Source: an uncultured Gammaproteobacteria bacterium (GTDB lineage Bacteria; Patescibacteriota; Microgenomatia; Levybacterales; GWA1-39-11). From it: DNA of 64,000 nt. Below, in pieces: positions 36,607-46,237 of the stretch (position 1 is the stretch's first letter; the number at the start of each line of letters is the position of its first letter). The position numbers were made by a program, and so were the translations under genes. Under the pieces are notes generated by a model. The model had not been told where the DNA came from. It did not search any database and saw only the letters and a list, made by a program, of their open reading frames with translations. The DNA lies in contig CAZYWG010000010.1 of the NCBI GenBank assembly GCA_964651815.1, positions 1,377 to 65,376 on the forward strand, read 5' to 3'.

Positions 36607-37953
36607 TTGATACTATTGGTAATGAAAATGGTGAAGAGTTTAAAACAATCAGATCCCCGAATATTTGAATTAATAAAGGAAGAAGAAAAACGCCAAAGAG
36701 ACGTCCTTGAAATGATCCCCTCAGAAAACTACGCTTCATCTGCAGTCCTGGAAGCACTTGGAACGGTACTCAACAACAAATATTCAGAGGGATATCCCAA
36801 AAAAAGATATTACCAGGGAAATGCGGTTGCTGATGAGGTTGAACAACTCGCTATAGACCGCGCAAAAAAACTATTTGGTGTACCTTATGTAAACGTACAG
36901 GCTCTTTCAGGTAGTGTTATGAATCTTGCAGTATATTTTGCAACGCTTGAGCCTATGAAAGGAAAAATTATGGGTTTATCTCTCTCCTTTGGAGGACACC
37001 TAACCCATGGCGCAAAACTTACCGCTTCAAGCACATTTTATAAGTCGGTCCAGTACACTTTAGGCCGCGACGGGCAGCTTGATTTTGATCAAATCGAAAA
37101 ACAGGCAATTACAGAAAAGCCCAATATAATTGTCTGTGGATTTACAGCATATCCCCGAGTTATAGATTTTGAAAAGTTTTCAAAAATTGCAAAAAAAGTG
37201 AACGCACTTTTACTTGCTGACATTTCTCATATTGCCGGGCTCGTTGTAGGAGGAGCACACCCCTCTCCGGTGCCGTATGTTGACATAGTAACCACAACTA
37301 CTCACAAGACTCTTCGCGGCCCTCGTGGCGCTCTTATCATGGTCACAGAAAAAGGTTTGAAGCGTGATCCGGATTTAGGTGCAAAAATTGACAGAGCAAT
37401 TATTCCAGGGCTTCAAGGTGGCCCGCATGACAATCAAACAGCTGCAATTGCCGTTGCACTTCTTGAAGCATCCCGTCCAGAATTTAAAAAATATGCTTCA
37501 CAGATAGTAAAAAACTCCCGAGCCTTGGCTGAGGCGCTTACAAGCTATGGATTTGACTTAGTAAGTGGTGGGTCTGATAATCATTTGATATTAATTGATC
37601 TGCGGAACAAAAAAGTAAGTGGAAATGTTGCAGCCCTCGCTTTAGAACGGGCAGGAATTGTGCTTAATAAAAATGGGGTGCCGTATGATACAAATCCACC
37701 ATTCTACCCCTCAGGAATAAGACTTGGAACCCCGGCAATAACTACACGCGGACTCAAGGAGGGCGATATGAAAAAGGTAGCCACGTGGATTAATAAAGCC
37801 GTAGATTTAGTATCTCCAAACGAGGCACCGTCTGAAAAAGAAGCACGGACCGCTTGGTGGAAGGAAGAAAAAAAGAAAATTATGGCGAATAAAGAGTTAC
37901 TAAAAATTGGAAAAGAAGTAAAATCTTTCGCTTCAAAACTTCTTTTACCCTAA
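36607..37953 (+). CDS. glyA: Serine hydroxymethyltransferase
   Basis: PSENYAS, TTTTHKTLRGPRG (PLP lysine), GGPH. Confidence 0.9.
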   Translation: MILLVMKMVKSLKQSDPRIFELIKEEEKRQRDVLEMIPSENYASSAVLEALGTVLNNKYSEGYPKKRYYQGNAVADEVEQLAIDRAKKLFGVPYVNVQALSGSVMNLAVYFATLEPMKGKIMGLSLSFGGHLTHGAKLTASSTFYKSVQYTLGRDGQLDFDQIEKQAITEKPNIIVCGFTAYPRVIDFEKFSKIAKKVNALLLADISHIAGLVVGGAHPSPVPYVDIVTTTTHKTLRGPRGALIMVTEKGLKRDPDLGAKIDRAIIPGLQGGPHDNQTAAIAVALLEASRPEFKKYASQIVKNSRALAEALTSYGFDLVSGGSDNHLILIDLRNKKVSGNVAALALERAGIVLNKNGVPYDTNPPFYPSGIRLGTPAITTRGLKEGDMKKVATWINKAVDLVSPNEAPSEKEARTAWWKEEKKKIMANKELLKIGKEVKSFASKLLLP

Positions 37954-38846
37954 GAGGCAATTGCTAGAGGGTCTGATCTGTAAGCAACAATCGCAGGAAC
38001 TGTAACATGAGGACCTTTAAGATACACACTGTGAGGAGGAGGAGTTAAAACTACTCTTATAATATCGTATTTGGCAAACAGAGGATCTATTATTGCTGCC
38101 TGCCTGCTATCTAGGTTTGGGGTTTGGTTCTCTCTATGAAAAGCACAAAAAGTAAACCTGCCATCAGGCTTTAATTTTGTAACTAATAGATTTGGCTGGA
38201 GTAAATCGTTAATTCCAAGTTCTTCCGGGCGTAGCTGATGTGTATCGGAAAAGAGTAAACTTATTGATCCATCTGGCATTTTAGCCAGCTCTTCATCTGC
38301 ATCCCCATTTATAACGTTTATTTCTACATTAGGTGCCCCGGGAAATCTACTTCTCAACTCTGCGCGCTTTTGGTCTGCCCATTTCTGTGCGTATTTGAAA
38401 TTACCTTCATTTAATTCTACTATTGTGTGTGTACCACCCTCTGCCCTCAATCTATCATATATTCTATCTGCAATTTTCCCAAGTCCAAATCCTCTTTCAA
38501 CTACATTTTGAGGGCCATTTTTACCTTGGAACATATGGCGAACCGTCGCGTCAACCCATGGGGTCTCAAAATCATCCATTACTTGCTCATTGTCAATTAA
38601 AAGGATTCTGCCACCACCGTAAGGGGTTCCGTCAGGATATTCTCCTTCTCCATATACAGTAATTTTAGATTGTGATTTTCTCCATTTATCTTGCAATATC
38701 TTTCTGTCTACTAATTGTGCGTCTTTCCCATTTATTGAAAAGCCGGAGGCATACGTCTGGTCACCTACCACAGTAATATCTCCCGGCTGAGGACCCGAGT
38801 TTGCATTAAAAAACCTTCCTAATATAGGAAGTCCTTCGTGAGTCAT
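37950..38846 (-). CDS. Hypothetical protein with a class-I methyltransferase-like or spermidine-synthase-like fold signature
   Basis: VERGFGLGKIADRI (GxGxG-like). Weak. Confidence 0.35.
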   Translation of the reverse strand: MTHEGLPILGRFFNANSGPQPGDITVVGDQTYASGFSINGKDAQLVDRKILQDKWRKSQSKITVYGEGEYPDGTPYGGGRILLIDNEQVMDDFETPWVDATVRHMFQGKNGPQNVVERGFGLGKIADRIYDRLRAEGGTHTIVELNEGNFKYAQKWADQKRAELRSRFPGAPNVEINVINGDADEELAKMPDGSISLLFSDTHQLRPEELGINDLLQPNLLVTKLKPDGRFTFCAFHRENQTPNLDSRQAAIIDPLFAKYDIIRVVLTPPPHSVYLKGPHVTVPAIVAYRSDPLAIAS

Positions 38847-38909
38847 ATTTTCTCACGAGATTATATCATAGCTTGAGTTCGAAATAAAGCTTATAGTTGA
38901 AAAAAAAGA

Positions 38910-40127
38910 TTGATATGCTACAATACCCTCAGAATGAAAGTTAGGGATATAATGGAGCAAAACGTTATCAGCGCCTCACCTAGTACCTCCGTTAACCAGA
39001 TAGCAAACATAATTTTTGGCCACGAAATAACAGCAGTACCCGTTATTGATACCAGAGGTAAACTTGTGGGGATAGTAAGCGAAACTGATATTTTAGACAA
39101 TTTTTTCCCAATTGAAAAACTCAAATCCGACGGTACTAATAAAGTTCTTTCCTCATCGGCAGAGGAAATAATGAGCCCAAAAGTAATCACAGTAGAAAGT
39201 GAAGCAAATGTAAGCGAAGCATATTCAATAATGGAAAAAAATAAGATAGTAAGTTTGCCTGTTTTGGACAAAAACGCTAAAGTCATTGGCATTATCTCAA
39301 AGACTGATATATTCAAATCTATTGTAGACAATCAATTCTTTTCTTCGTGGGGACAGGAAGAATTTCACGAATGGCTCGCAACCTATTTTGATAAGTATGT
39401 ATCCTGGCAAAAAAGGCTTATTAAGGAAATTGCATTTATAAAATATCAACTCAAAGGACGTTCTAAAAAGATTATTGACGTTGGTTGCGGAACAGGTGAG
39501 CATTCAATTGCGCTTGCAAGACAAGGGTTTGAAGTCTTGGGAATAGATAAAAGCTCAAGTATGATTGCAATTGCAAACAATAAACTTGAATCTTTACCGG
39601 AAAAGTTACGGAAAAAAGTCTCATTTAGAAAAGTAGGCACAGACGAACTCGCAGATAAATTAAATGAGAAATTTGATGCGGCAATTATACTTGGAGGAGT
39701 AATATCACACTACTTTGATTTGGCAAAATATCTTAAAGGCATACAATCTGTTCTCAACAGCACGAATACAATTATAATTCAGGTTCCAAATTATGAACAC
39801 ATTCTTGAAGAGAAAAATAGGTTTAGCAGTCTTAGTTTTATAAAACCTTCACCTAAAAGCCAAGAAGAATCTGCTCTCTTATCTTTTTTTGACTTTCGGG
39901 ATGACGGACTTATCAATTTAAATACTGCCGAATTTGAATTTATTGGTAAAACGTGGGAAACAAGAGGGGTTGCAACAACAGTTCTTAAACCTTATACAAA
40001 ACGTCAATTAATTCTTGTGTTAAAAAAATTAAACTACACCAAAATTGAAAGTGCGAGAGACAGGTCCCATGCTATGTTTAATCCCGATGAAGAAAAATCG
40101 GGACTTTTTATTGTTGCTAAGATTTAA
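38910..40127 (+). CDS. CBS-pair domain fused to class I SAM-dependent methyltransferase
   Basis: Two CBS motifs (ITAVPVIDTRGKLVGIVSETDIL; IVSLPVLDKNAKVIGIISKTDIF), then IIDVGCGTGEHSIALARQGFEVLGIDKS. Confidence 0.6.
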   Translation: MICYNTLRMKVRDIMEQNVISASPSTSVNQIANIIFGHEITAVPVIDTRGKLVGIVSETDILDNFFPIEKLKSDGTNKVLSSSAEEIMSPKVITVESEANVSEAYSIMEKNKIVSLPVLDKNAKVIGIISKTDIFKSIVDNQFFSSWGQEEFHEWLATYFDKYVSWQKRLIKEIAFIKYQLKGRSKKIIDVGCGTGEHSIALARQGFEVLGIDKSSSMIAIANNKLESLPEKLRKKVSFRKVGTDELADKLNEKFDAAIILGGVISHYFDLAKYLKGIQSVLNSTNTIIIQVPNYEHILEEKNRFSSLSFIKPSPKSQEESALLSFFDFRDDGLINLNTAEFEFIGKTWETRGVATTVLKPYTKRQLILVLKKLNYTKIESARDRSHAMFNPDEEKSGLFIVAKI

Positions 40128-40150
40128 ATAATACTTGACAAGCAACATTC

Positions 40151-40807
40151 TTGTCAGGCAATATTAATTTAATGGCATCCACCAAAAAATCCCACTCCTT
40201 TTCAATATCTGCTGCAATTACTTATGGATGGAATGTGGCTCTAAAAAATCTTTGGTTTTTTGTGGTTTTACTTTTAATGATTCTCGCAACTAATATAGTA
40301 CCAAGTATTCTTGCCTCAATTATTGATAATGGGCGGGCTACACTTTTTGGCTTTTTAGTAAAACTAATTGGATGGATTATACAAATTGCAATCTCAATGG
40401 GTGCAATTGGTATTGCGCTTCGTCTTTACGACAAAAAGAAAGCCGAATATAAAAATCTGCTTGATTATACTCATCTTATCATCCCCTATTTTCTTGCTTC
40501 TATCCTTTATACTTTGATTGTGCTTGTTGGATTAATCCTCTTTATTATCCCGGGCGTTATCTGGTCACTTAAATTCAGGTTTTATTCATACTTTATTGTT
40601 GACCGCGGAATGGGACCAATTGAGGCGCTACGTGCAAGTTCAAAAATTACTCGTGGAAATAAGTGGAATTTGTTTTTCCTAGGGATAATACTTGGACTTA
40701 TAGATATAGTTGGCGCACTTGCATTACTGATAGGTCTTTTTGTAACAATGCCGCTTTCAATGATGGCCGAAGCGTACGTATTCCGCAAACTTTCCGCAAA
40801 GAAATAA
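40151..40807 (+). CDS. Integral membrane protein (DUF975-like)
   Basis: Six hydrophobic helices, 218 aa. Confidence 0.4.
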   Translation: MSGNINLMASTKKSHSFSISAAITYGWNVALKNLWFFVVLLLMILATNIVPSILASIIDNGRATLFGFLVKLIGWIIQIAISMGAIGIALRLYDKKKAEYKNLLDYTHLIIPYFLASILYTLIVLVGLILFIIPGVIWSLKFRFYSYFIVDRGMGPIEALRASSKITRGNKWNLFFLGIILGLIDIVGALALLIGLFVTMPLSMMAEAYVFRKLSAKK

Positions 40808-41290
40808 TTAGCGCGTAAGGTCTACAAACTCATATTCCAATCCGTCGTCATTGTGCTTTTCTGAAAAAACTACATTTTTAAAATTGGAATAATCCGGAAA
40901 AAATGCGTCCGCCATAGGTGCTTCTGCATTAATTTTTGTTAAATAAAGCTTGTTTGCCTCGCCTATCATCTGTTCAAAAATTTGCGCGCCGCCGAGAATA
41001 AAGATTTCTTCTGATCCTTCCGAGTTTTTTGCAATTTCAACGGCTTCTTCAAGGGAGGTTGCAACTTGTGCTGCTTCGATTTTTTTATAACTGTCTCGAC
41101 TCACAATTATGTTAGTCCTATTTGGTAATATTCTGCCTATTGATTCAAAAGTTTTTCTACCCATAACAACTGGGTGTCCCAAGGTTAATTCCTTGAATCT
41201 TTTTAAATCATCGGATATTCTCCAAATTAGTTCATTCCTCTGGCCTAATTCGCGATTTATACCAATTGCCGCGATCATTGAAATTTTCAT
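40808..41290 (-). CDS. folA: Dihydrofolate reductase
   Basis: ISMIAAIGINRELGQRNELIWRISDDLKRFKELTLGHPVVMGRKTFESIG. Confidence 0.8.
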   Translation of the reverse strand: MKISMIAAIGINRELGQRNELIWRISDDLKRFKELTLGHPVVMGRKTFESIGRILPNRTNIIVSRDSYKKIEAAQVATSLEEAVEIAKNSEGSEEIFILGGAQIFEQMIGEANKLYLTKINAEAPMADAFFPDYSNFKNVVFSEKHNDDGLEYEFVDLTR

Positions 41291-41718
41291 GTGGTGTTTG
41301 CTGCGCGGACCGCTTCAAGAGTATTTGGTAGAAGTTGGTCTTCATCCGCAAGCGCATAAAGCATGTCTATTTCTATCCATTCAGGAATTGTTTCACTACT
41401 CTCTTTTAACTCCCCGGAAAAGTTTTTAACCTTAAAAACGCGCCATGCAAAATTAATTTCTGTTCCATCTTTTCTGGGGATTGAAGCTTCAAAAAAATTA
41501 TTTGGGAATTCGGAAAAATCCTTTACGTCCGATTTTAAACCAGTTTCTTCCTCAAACTCGCGATGTGCCGCGTCTATTTCCGCTTCATCAGATCCCACGC
41601 GCCCGCCCGGTAACCCAAAAATTCCCGTTATGTGTTCTGCCTGGTCTGTATGCTGTACCAAAAGCACTTTTCCGTCATTTATTGCAACTATTCCAACCGA
41701 TTTAGTCTTATCTTGCAT
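41287..41718 (-). CDS. NUDIX hydrolase
   Basis: Nudix box GLPGGRVGSDEAEIDAAHREFEEETG. Confidence 0.75.
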   Translation of the reverse strand: MQDKTKSVGIVAINDGKVLLVQHTDQAEHITGIFGLPGGRVGSDEAEIDAAHREFEEETGLKSDVKDFSEFPNNFFEASIPRKDGTEINFAWRVFKVKNFSGELKESSETIPEWIEIDMLYALADEDQLLPNTLEAVRAANTT

Positions 41719-42687
41719 TTATTTTTCCTCGTAAAAACCGCCTGCTATAGTTAATTCTCCTTTTATCATTGGGTGTGGATCATAATTTTCAAGAATTATT
41801 TTGTCGGGAGTAAAGTCTGAAAGCTTTTCCATTTTTCCTTCTATTCTGACCGTTGGAAAAGGTTTTGGCTTGCGTTTTAACTGTTCTTTAAACTGTTCAA
41901 TATGATTTTCATAAATATGGACATCTCCAAACGTGTGGATAAATTCCCCCGGTTCAAGCTTTAATATCTTAGCAAGTATCAAAGTTAATAAAGCGTAACT
42001 AGCAATGTTAAACGGTACACCTAAAAATAAATCTGCGGATCTCTGATAAAGCTGGAGCGACAATTTGTTTCCTCGTCTTGAGATTTGATACATATTGTGA
42101 CAAATTGGGAAACGGCTTGCGTCTTCTTTTGTGGCCATTGTATATAAATACTCGGGATTCCAGGAGTTAACAATTACATTGTGTGCGCTTGGATCATCTT
42201 TTAATTCTTTGATTGCCCATGCAAGTTGATCAATAGTCCTGCCGGAGCGCGTAGGCCAAGCTCTCCACATTTCGCCATAAATTCTTGGGAGATTCCCCCA
42301 CTCTTTTGCGAATTTAGAATCGGTTTTTATTTTCTCGATGAACTCATCTTTATTTTTAATTTCGGATTTTGAATTTCGAATTTTAGATTTTTTTTCCAAA
42401 AAAATCTTGTACGGATAATCATCCCAAATGTGGACATTATTATCCACAAGATATTTAATATTCGTTTGGCCGGAAAAAAACCAGTAAAGTTCGTGAATTA
42501 CGCCTTTCCAATATACTTTTTTTGTGGTCAAAAGAGGAAAGCCCTCTGACAAATCATATCTATGCTGCCTCCCAAAAAGACTGAAGTCCGCAACTTTAGT
42601 CCCACGGTCAACTTGCTTTATTCCATCGCGCAAAATTTCTTTTGCAAGATCTAAGTATTGATATTCCTGATGCTTTTGCTTTGCCAT
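41719..42687 (-). CDS. thyA: Thymidylate synthase ThyA. Start taken at the internal Met (MAKQKHQEYQYLDLAKEIL) to avoid a 113-nt overlap with dcd.
   Basis: RFPICHNMYQ (active-site Cys), GVPFNIASYALLT. Confidence 0.85.
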   Translation of the reverse strand: MAKQKHQEYQYLDLAKEILRDGIKQVDRGTKVADFSLFGRQHRYDLSEGFPLLTTKKVYWKGVIHELYWFFSGQTNIKYLVDNNVHIWDDYPYKIFLEKKSKIRNSKSEIKNKDEFIEKIKTDSKFAKEWGNLPRIYGEMWRAWPTRSGRTIDQLAWAIKELKDDPSAHNVIVNSWNPEYLYTMATKEDASRFPICHNMYQISRRGNKLSLQLYQRSADLFLGVPFNIASYALLTLILAKILKLEPGEFIHTFGDVHIYENHIEQFKEQLKRKPKPFPTVRIEGKMEKLSDFTPDKIILENYDPHPMIKGELTIAGGFYEEK

Positions 42688-42688
42688 A

Positions 42689-43228
42689 TTAAACTTGAAC
42701 TTCTTTTTTTGTTGCCGAAACTCTTCCCCCTTGCCATTGACCTCTGTACTTATTTCCCCCGCCCGCAACTTCTGAAAATTGTATATGAACAAACCTTGCA
42801 CCCATTTCTATTTCAACTATGATCGGCCCCGCATTATACAGACCGAACGTCAAACCCCCGCAATATCCCGGCGGCACATTGCCCACTCGCAAGACCAAAC
42901 CACTTCTATAAGTCGTGGATCGAGGCGTAATTGACGCAGTTAAATTTTCCGGCATATTGACTGATTCAATAGTTTTGACAAGAAAAAAGTCTCCGGGCTT
43001 TATTTTTACGGAAGTAGTTTTGGATTTGTCGTATTTTTTAACTAGTTTTATGTCTGGTGTGTGACGCTCTGTCACTCCCAAAAATGCTTTTCCTGAAATT
43101 TTGTAGACTTCATCCAACCTGAGGTCAAATCCCGCGCCTTCCGGGTTTGTTAATTCACGCTCTGACAATCCTTCAACCAGCTTTTTCTTTTTGACGAGTT
43201 CGAGTATTTTTGTGGGGCCCAATATCAT
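42689..43228 (-). CDS. dcd: dCTP deaminase / dUTPase-family protein
   Basis: GAGFDLRL, GxxxxGYxGxL (PPGYCGGLTFGLYN) trimeric dUTPase-fold motifs. Confidence 0.7.
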   Translation of the reverse strand: MILGPTKILELVKKKKLVEGLSERELTNPEGAGFDLRLDEVYKISGKAFLGVTERHTPDIKLVKKYDKSKTTSVKIKPGDFFLVKTIESVNMPENLTASITPRSTTYRSGLVLRVGNVPPGYCGGLTFGLYNAGPIIVEIEMGARFVHIQFSEVAGGGNKYRGQWQGGRVSATKKEVQV

Positions 43229-43367
43229 AATTTGAAATTTTTAATTTTAAATTTTCAATGAAATACAAATGTTTGAAAATTAAATTTTAAAAATTCACTT
43301 CAAATTTCAAATTTCGAATTGAAAATTGTTAGATAATACTAAACAAAACCGTGCGGCTTTTCAAGTG

Positions 43368-44030
43368 TTACTTTAACTTTTCATTGACTTTATTTAGAAG
43401 ATCTCGAGAGACTTCTTCAATATATTTATTTGCGTCTAAGATTTCCAATTCACTGGGAAACTTTTCAATAAGTTTTTTGTATGCCGTATCTATATTAACG
43501 AGCTTTTTTTTATCATCATAAATTTCTTTGTGTTTGTGGCTGCCTTCAATACGCTTAGCTGCTTCATCCACATTAACATCTAAAAAGAATGTGTAATCTG
43601 GACGTATAAATTGGTTATAAAAAGATAAAACCGAAAACGCTACCAGATAGAAATCAGCATTCCCATCTAAATCTGAAATTCCATATGCAACAGCTGACCA
43701 AAAATAGCGGTCCGTGACAACAATTTGCCCTTCCGATAGATACTTTTCGAGCGTAATTTGATGTTCAGCACGGTCTGCACAAAATAAATATTGCAAAGCA
43801 ATTGGAGTAATCTTTATTTCGCCGCTCAAAACGCGCCTGATCAATTTTCCCACTTCTCCGTCTGTTGGTTCTTTTGTGTAAATTGCTTTTTTACCTTCCT
43901 TTTTGAGATTCTCGACTAAAAGCTCGGCCTGAGTAGTTTTACCGGACGCATCAATCCCTTCAATTGCAATCAATTTCCCTGGGTATTTATGTTCTCTCAA
44001 TTCTAGTTCGAAGTTAATAGGATATTTCAT
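43368..44030 (-). CDS. tmk: Thymidylate kinase
   Basis: IAIEGIDASGKTTQ P-loop, DRY motif (VVTDRYFWSAVAYG). Confidence 0.85.
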   Translation of the reverse strand: MKYPINFELELREHKYPGKLIAIEGIDASGKTTQAELLVENLKKEGKKAIYTKEPTDGEVGKLIRRVLSGEIKITPIALQYLFCADRAEHQITLEKYLSEGQIVVTDRYFWSAVAYGISDLDGNADFYLVAFSVLSFYNQFIRPDYTFFLDVNVDEAAKRIEGSHKHKEIYDDKKKLVNIDTAYKKLIEKFPSELEILDANKYIEEVSRDLLNKVNEKLK

Positions 44031-44875
44031 TATCTCCTTATATATTCAGGTTCTTCACCTGCAATTAAGTCTACATCTCCTACTTGTTGTTGCTCGTTCT
44101 GTAAAGCCAATTTATCTGCATAATATCCTCTATATTGCTCTGGGAGAAGATTTGCTACATCTAGCATGACACTGTCTATCATGGCTGTTCTGCCTACTCT
44201 GTTCTGCATTCCAAAACCTGGTAGTTCTGATGCTTTACGCAATTTTCCAAAAGCCAAATAAACAGGGCCTCTTTTTGGCAAACCTCTTTTTACGGGTAGC
44301 CTTTTTTCTGTCTCCCAAATTGCCATAGGCATTACCTCCAAGTCATCAGCAATGTTTAGATATTCGCCGGTTCCCGGCAGTCCTTTGTTAAGTTGGCCAT
44401 CCCGACTTCTCCCTCCTTCAGGAAAAATTACTAATAAACGCCCTCCATTTAAAACCGCTCTGCTTGCGTTGAACGCTTTTTCGTTCATAGCTTTTTTCTG
44501 TTCTTCCTCCTTTGCGTTTCTTGCTCTTAATGACGGGGGCCAAACCGGAATTATGTTGGCTCCGCGATGAAGAGCGTTTGTAACAGGATTTCTAGTAAGT
44601 TTTATCCCAAATATAAAAACAGGGTCTATAATACCTGCCCTGCCCAAGACTGTATTAAATAACGGTCCATCAGCATTACTTAAATGGTCACCAACGCCAA
44701 GTATAGGGACTCCGGCGTCAAGCTTTGCTTTTGCTTCCGCCAGATTTTCAAGTCCATAAATATTTATCTCTGACGCCCCAAATTTAATAAGTCCTTCGAT
44801 TATTGTCCTTCTAACTTCACTCTCCGGCAATACACCGTTTGCTTTAAAATCTTTCTTTGCTAGTCTTTCTCCCAT
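44030..44875 (-). CDS. Lysophospholipid/glycerol-3-phosphate acyltransferase-family protein
   Basis: GDHLSNADGP matches the HxxxxD acyltransferase motif; FPEGGRS motif. Confidence 0.5.
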   Translation of the reverse strand: MGERLAKKDFKANGVLPESEVRRTIIEGLIKFGASEINIYGLENLAEAKAKLDAGVPILGVGDHLSNADGPLFNTVLGRAGIIDPVFIFGIKLTRNPVTNALHRGANIIPVWPPSLRARNAKEEEQKKAMNEKAFNASRAVLNGGRLLVIFPEGGRSRDGQLNKGLPGTGEYLNIADDLEVMPMAIWETEKRLPVKRGLPKRGPVYLAFGKLRKASELPGFGMQNRVGRTAMIDSVMLDVANLLPEQYRGYYADKLALQNEQQQVGDVDLIAGEEPEYIRR

Positions 44876-44878
44876 AAT

Positions 44879-45481
44879 TTATTTCTCCCTGTCGAGTTTT
44901 GATTCTATCGGGTTGCTTTGCCCAACGTATTTTGCGCCCACCTTTTTATAATAAGGTACGTCAGCTTTAGAACTCATTTGCATAAACGCTATAGCGCAGA
45001 TTCTCATCCCGGGATATAAAGCAACGGGCATTTTACCCATATTTGCGAGCTCTAAAGTGATTTTGCCGCGAAAGCCGCACTCAATTGACGCTGCGGTAGA
45101 ATGTACTATTATACCAAGTCTTCCAATGCTAGATCTACCCTCTAATGCCCCTACTAAATCATCGGGCAATTCCACGTATTCTACCGTAGTCCCCAATACA
45201 AAATCCCCGGGCTGAATTATAAATGGCTCTGTCTTACTTTTCCTAATTTCGCGCGTAACTTCTTCACCGATATTTTTTTTGAAAGGGTCAATAAATGCGT
45301 ACTTTGAGTGGTCAAAAATTCTAAAAGTGTTTCCAAGACGCAAGTCTATAGAGTTTGAACCAAGCTGTTCTTCTAAATTCAATGCGGGGCGTATTTTTAT
45401 TCTTTTTGTGGCAAGTGCCTCTTTTATATCGCGGTCTGACAAAACCATAATTGTCTGGACATTATACCAGATACTTTTCAT
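44879..45481 (-). CDS. dcd: dCTP deaminase-family protein (second paralog)
   Basis: IDLRLGNTFRIF...GFRGKITLELAN motifs of the Dcd/Dut fold. Confidence 0.65.
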   Translation of the reverse strand: MKSIWYNVQTIMVLSDRDIKEALATKRIKIRPALNLEEQLGSNSIDLRLGNTFRIFDHSKYAFIDPFKKNIGEEVTREIRKSKTEPFIIQPGDFVLGTTVEYVELPDDLVGALEGRSSIGRLGIIVHSTAASIECGFRGKITLELANMGKMPVALYPGMRICAIAFMQMSSKADVPYYKKVGAKYVGQSNPIESKLDREK

Positions 45482-45557
45482 ACCTACTATTTTTCAAACC
45501 AACCAATTGACTTACGCGCTTTTACGAGGTAATCTATAAATAGTTACTTAAAATATT

Positions 45558-46163
45558 ATGGATTCTAATAACCAAGATTCAAAAAATGACATTGCCGGAA
45601 AAGGGCAAAGCGGCGCGCCTGAAGGGACAATTGAAAATATCTCTCCAAAAGAACCAAGCACTGTTGTTATTCCCCATGTAGACAAATTTGGTTCTGGTTT
45701 GTTTTCTATTTTCCAAAAATCAGCAGGAACCATATTTCTCTTGCTAATTGTTTTAACTGTTCCGGTAACTGTTGCCCTTCTTTCAAAAGAACAAGACGTC
45801 CGACAACGCGCGAGTTTTGAACCTACTGCAGCCCCCACTCCTGCAAAATTTAATATATCGGGAAATGTTTATGAAGACACTAACAATAACGGCGTGCATG
45901 ACAATTGGGAGCTTGGACCGGGAGGCGTAAAACTTGACTTAATTAGCCAAAATATCAAAATAGAAATCTCAACTGATAAATATGGCAATTATTCTTTTGA
46001 AAAATTTGGTGGACTAGTAAGCGGAACATATACTATCACGCTTGTTGCTCCCGCCGGTTTTACGCCAATATCTACAACTAGTGTGAATGTAAATCTTGGA
46101 CCTGACGCCGTAGTAGACTTTGGTCTCAAGAAATCCACAGCTCTTCCAAAACCTACTATTTAA
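45558..46163 (+). CDS. Membrane-anchored protein with SdrD-B/Cna-B-type beta-sandwich domain
   Basis: ISGNVYEDTNNNGVHDNWELGPGGVKLDL...TDKYGNYSFE, the classic SdrD B-like repeat. Confidence 0.5.
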   Translation: MDSNNQDSKNDIAGKGQSGAPEGTIENISPKEPSTVVIPHVDKFGSGLFSIFQKSAGTIFLLLIVLTVPVTVALLSKEQDVRQRASFEPTAAPTPAKFNISGNVYEDTNNNGVHDNWELGPGGVKLDLISQNIKIEISTDKYGNYSFEKFGGLVSGTYTITLVAPAGFTPISTTSVNVNLGPDAVVDFGLKKSTALPKPTI

Positions 46164-46237
46164 AAAGTGAGTAAATCTTTTATTTTAGTTATGCAATTTT
46201 TCTTAAGATTTGCCGCCTGTTGACATATTGAAAGAAA

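Noticed and set aside
41719-42801. 113-nt overlap between thyA (first ATG at 42801) and dcd (42689..43228)
   Set aside because: ThyA homology starts at the internal Met 42687 (MAKQKHQEYQYLDLAKEIL). Using it removes the overlap, so the longer N-terminus is probably not translated.
43229-43367. oriC or a CRISPR-like repeat array
   Set aside because: No DnaA boxes and no dnaA gene nearby. The repeats are AT low-complexity palindromes, not regularly spaced direct repeats with unique spacers.
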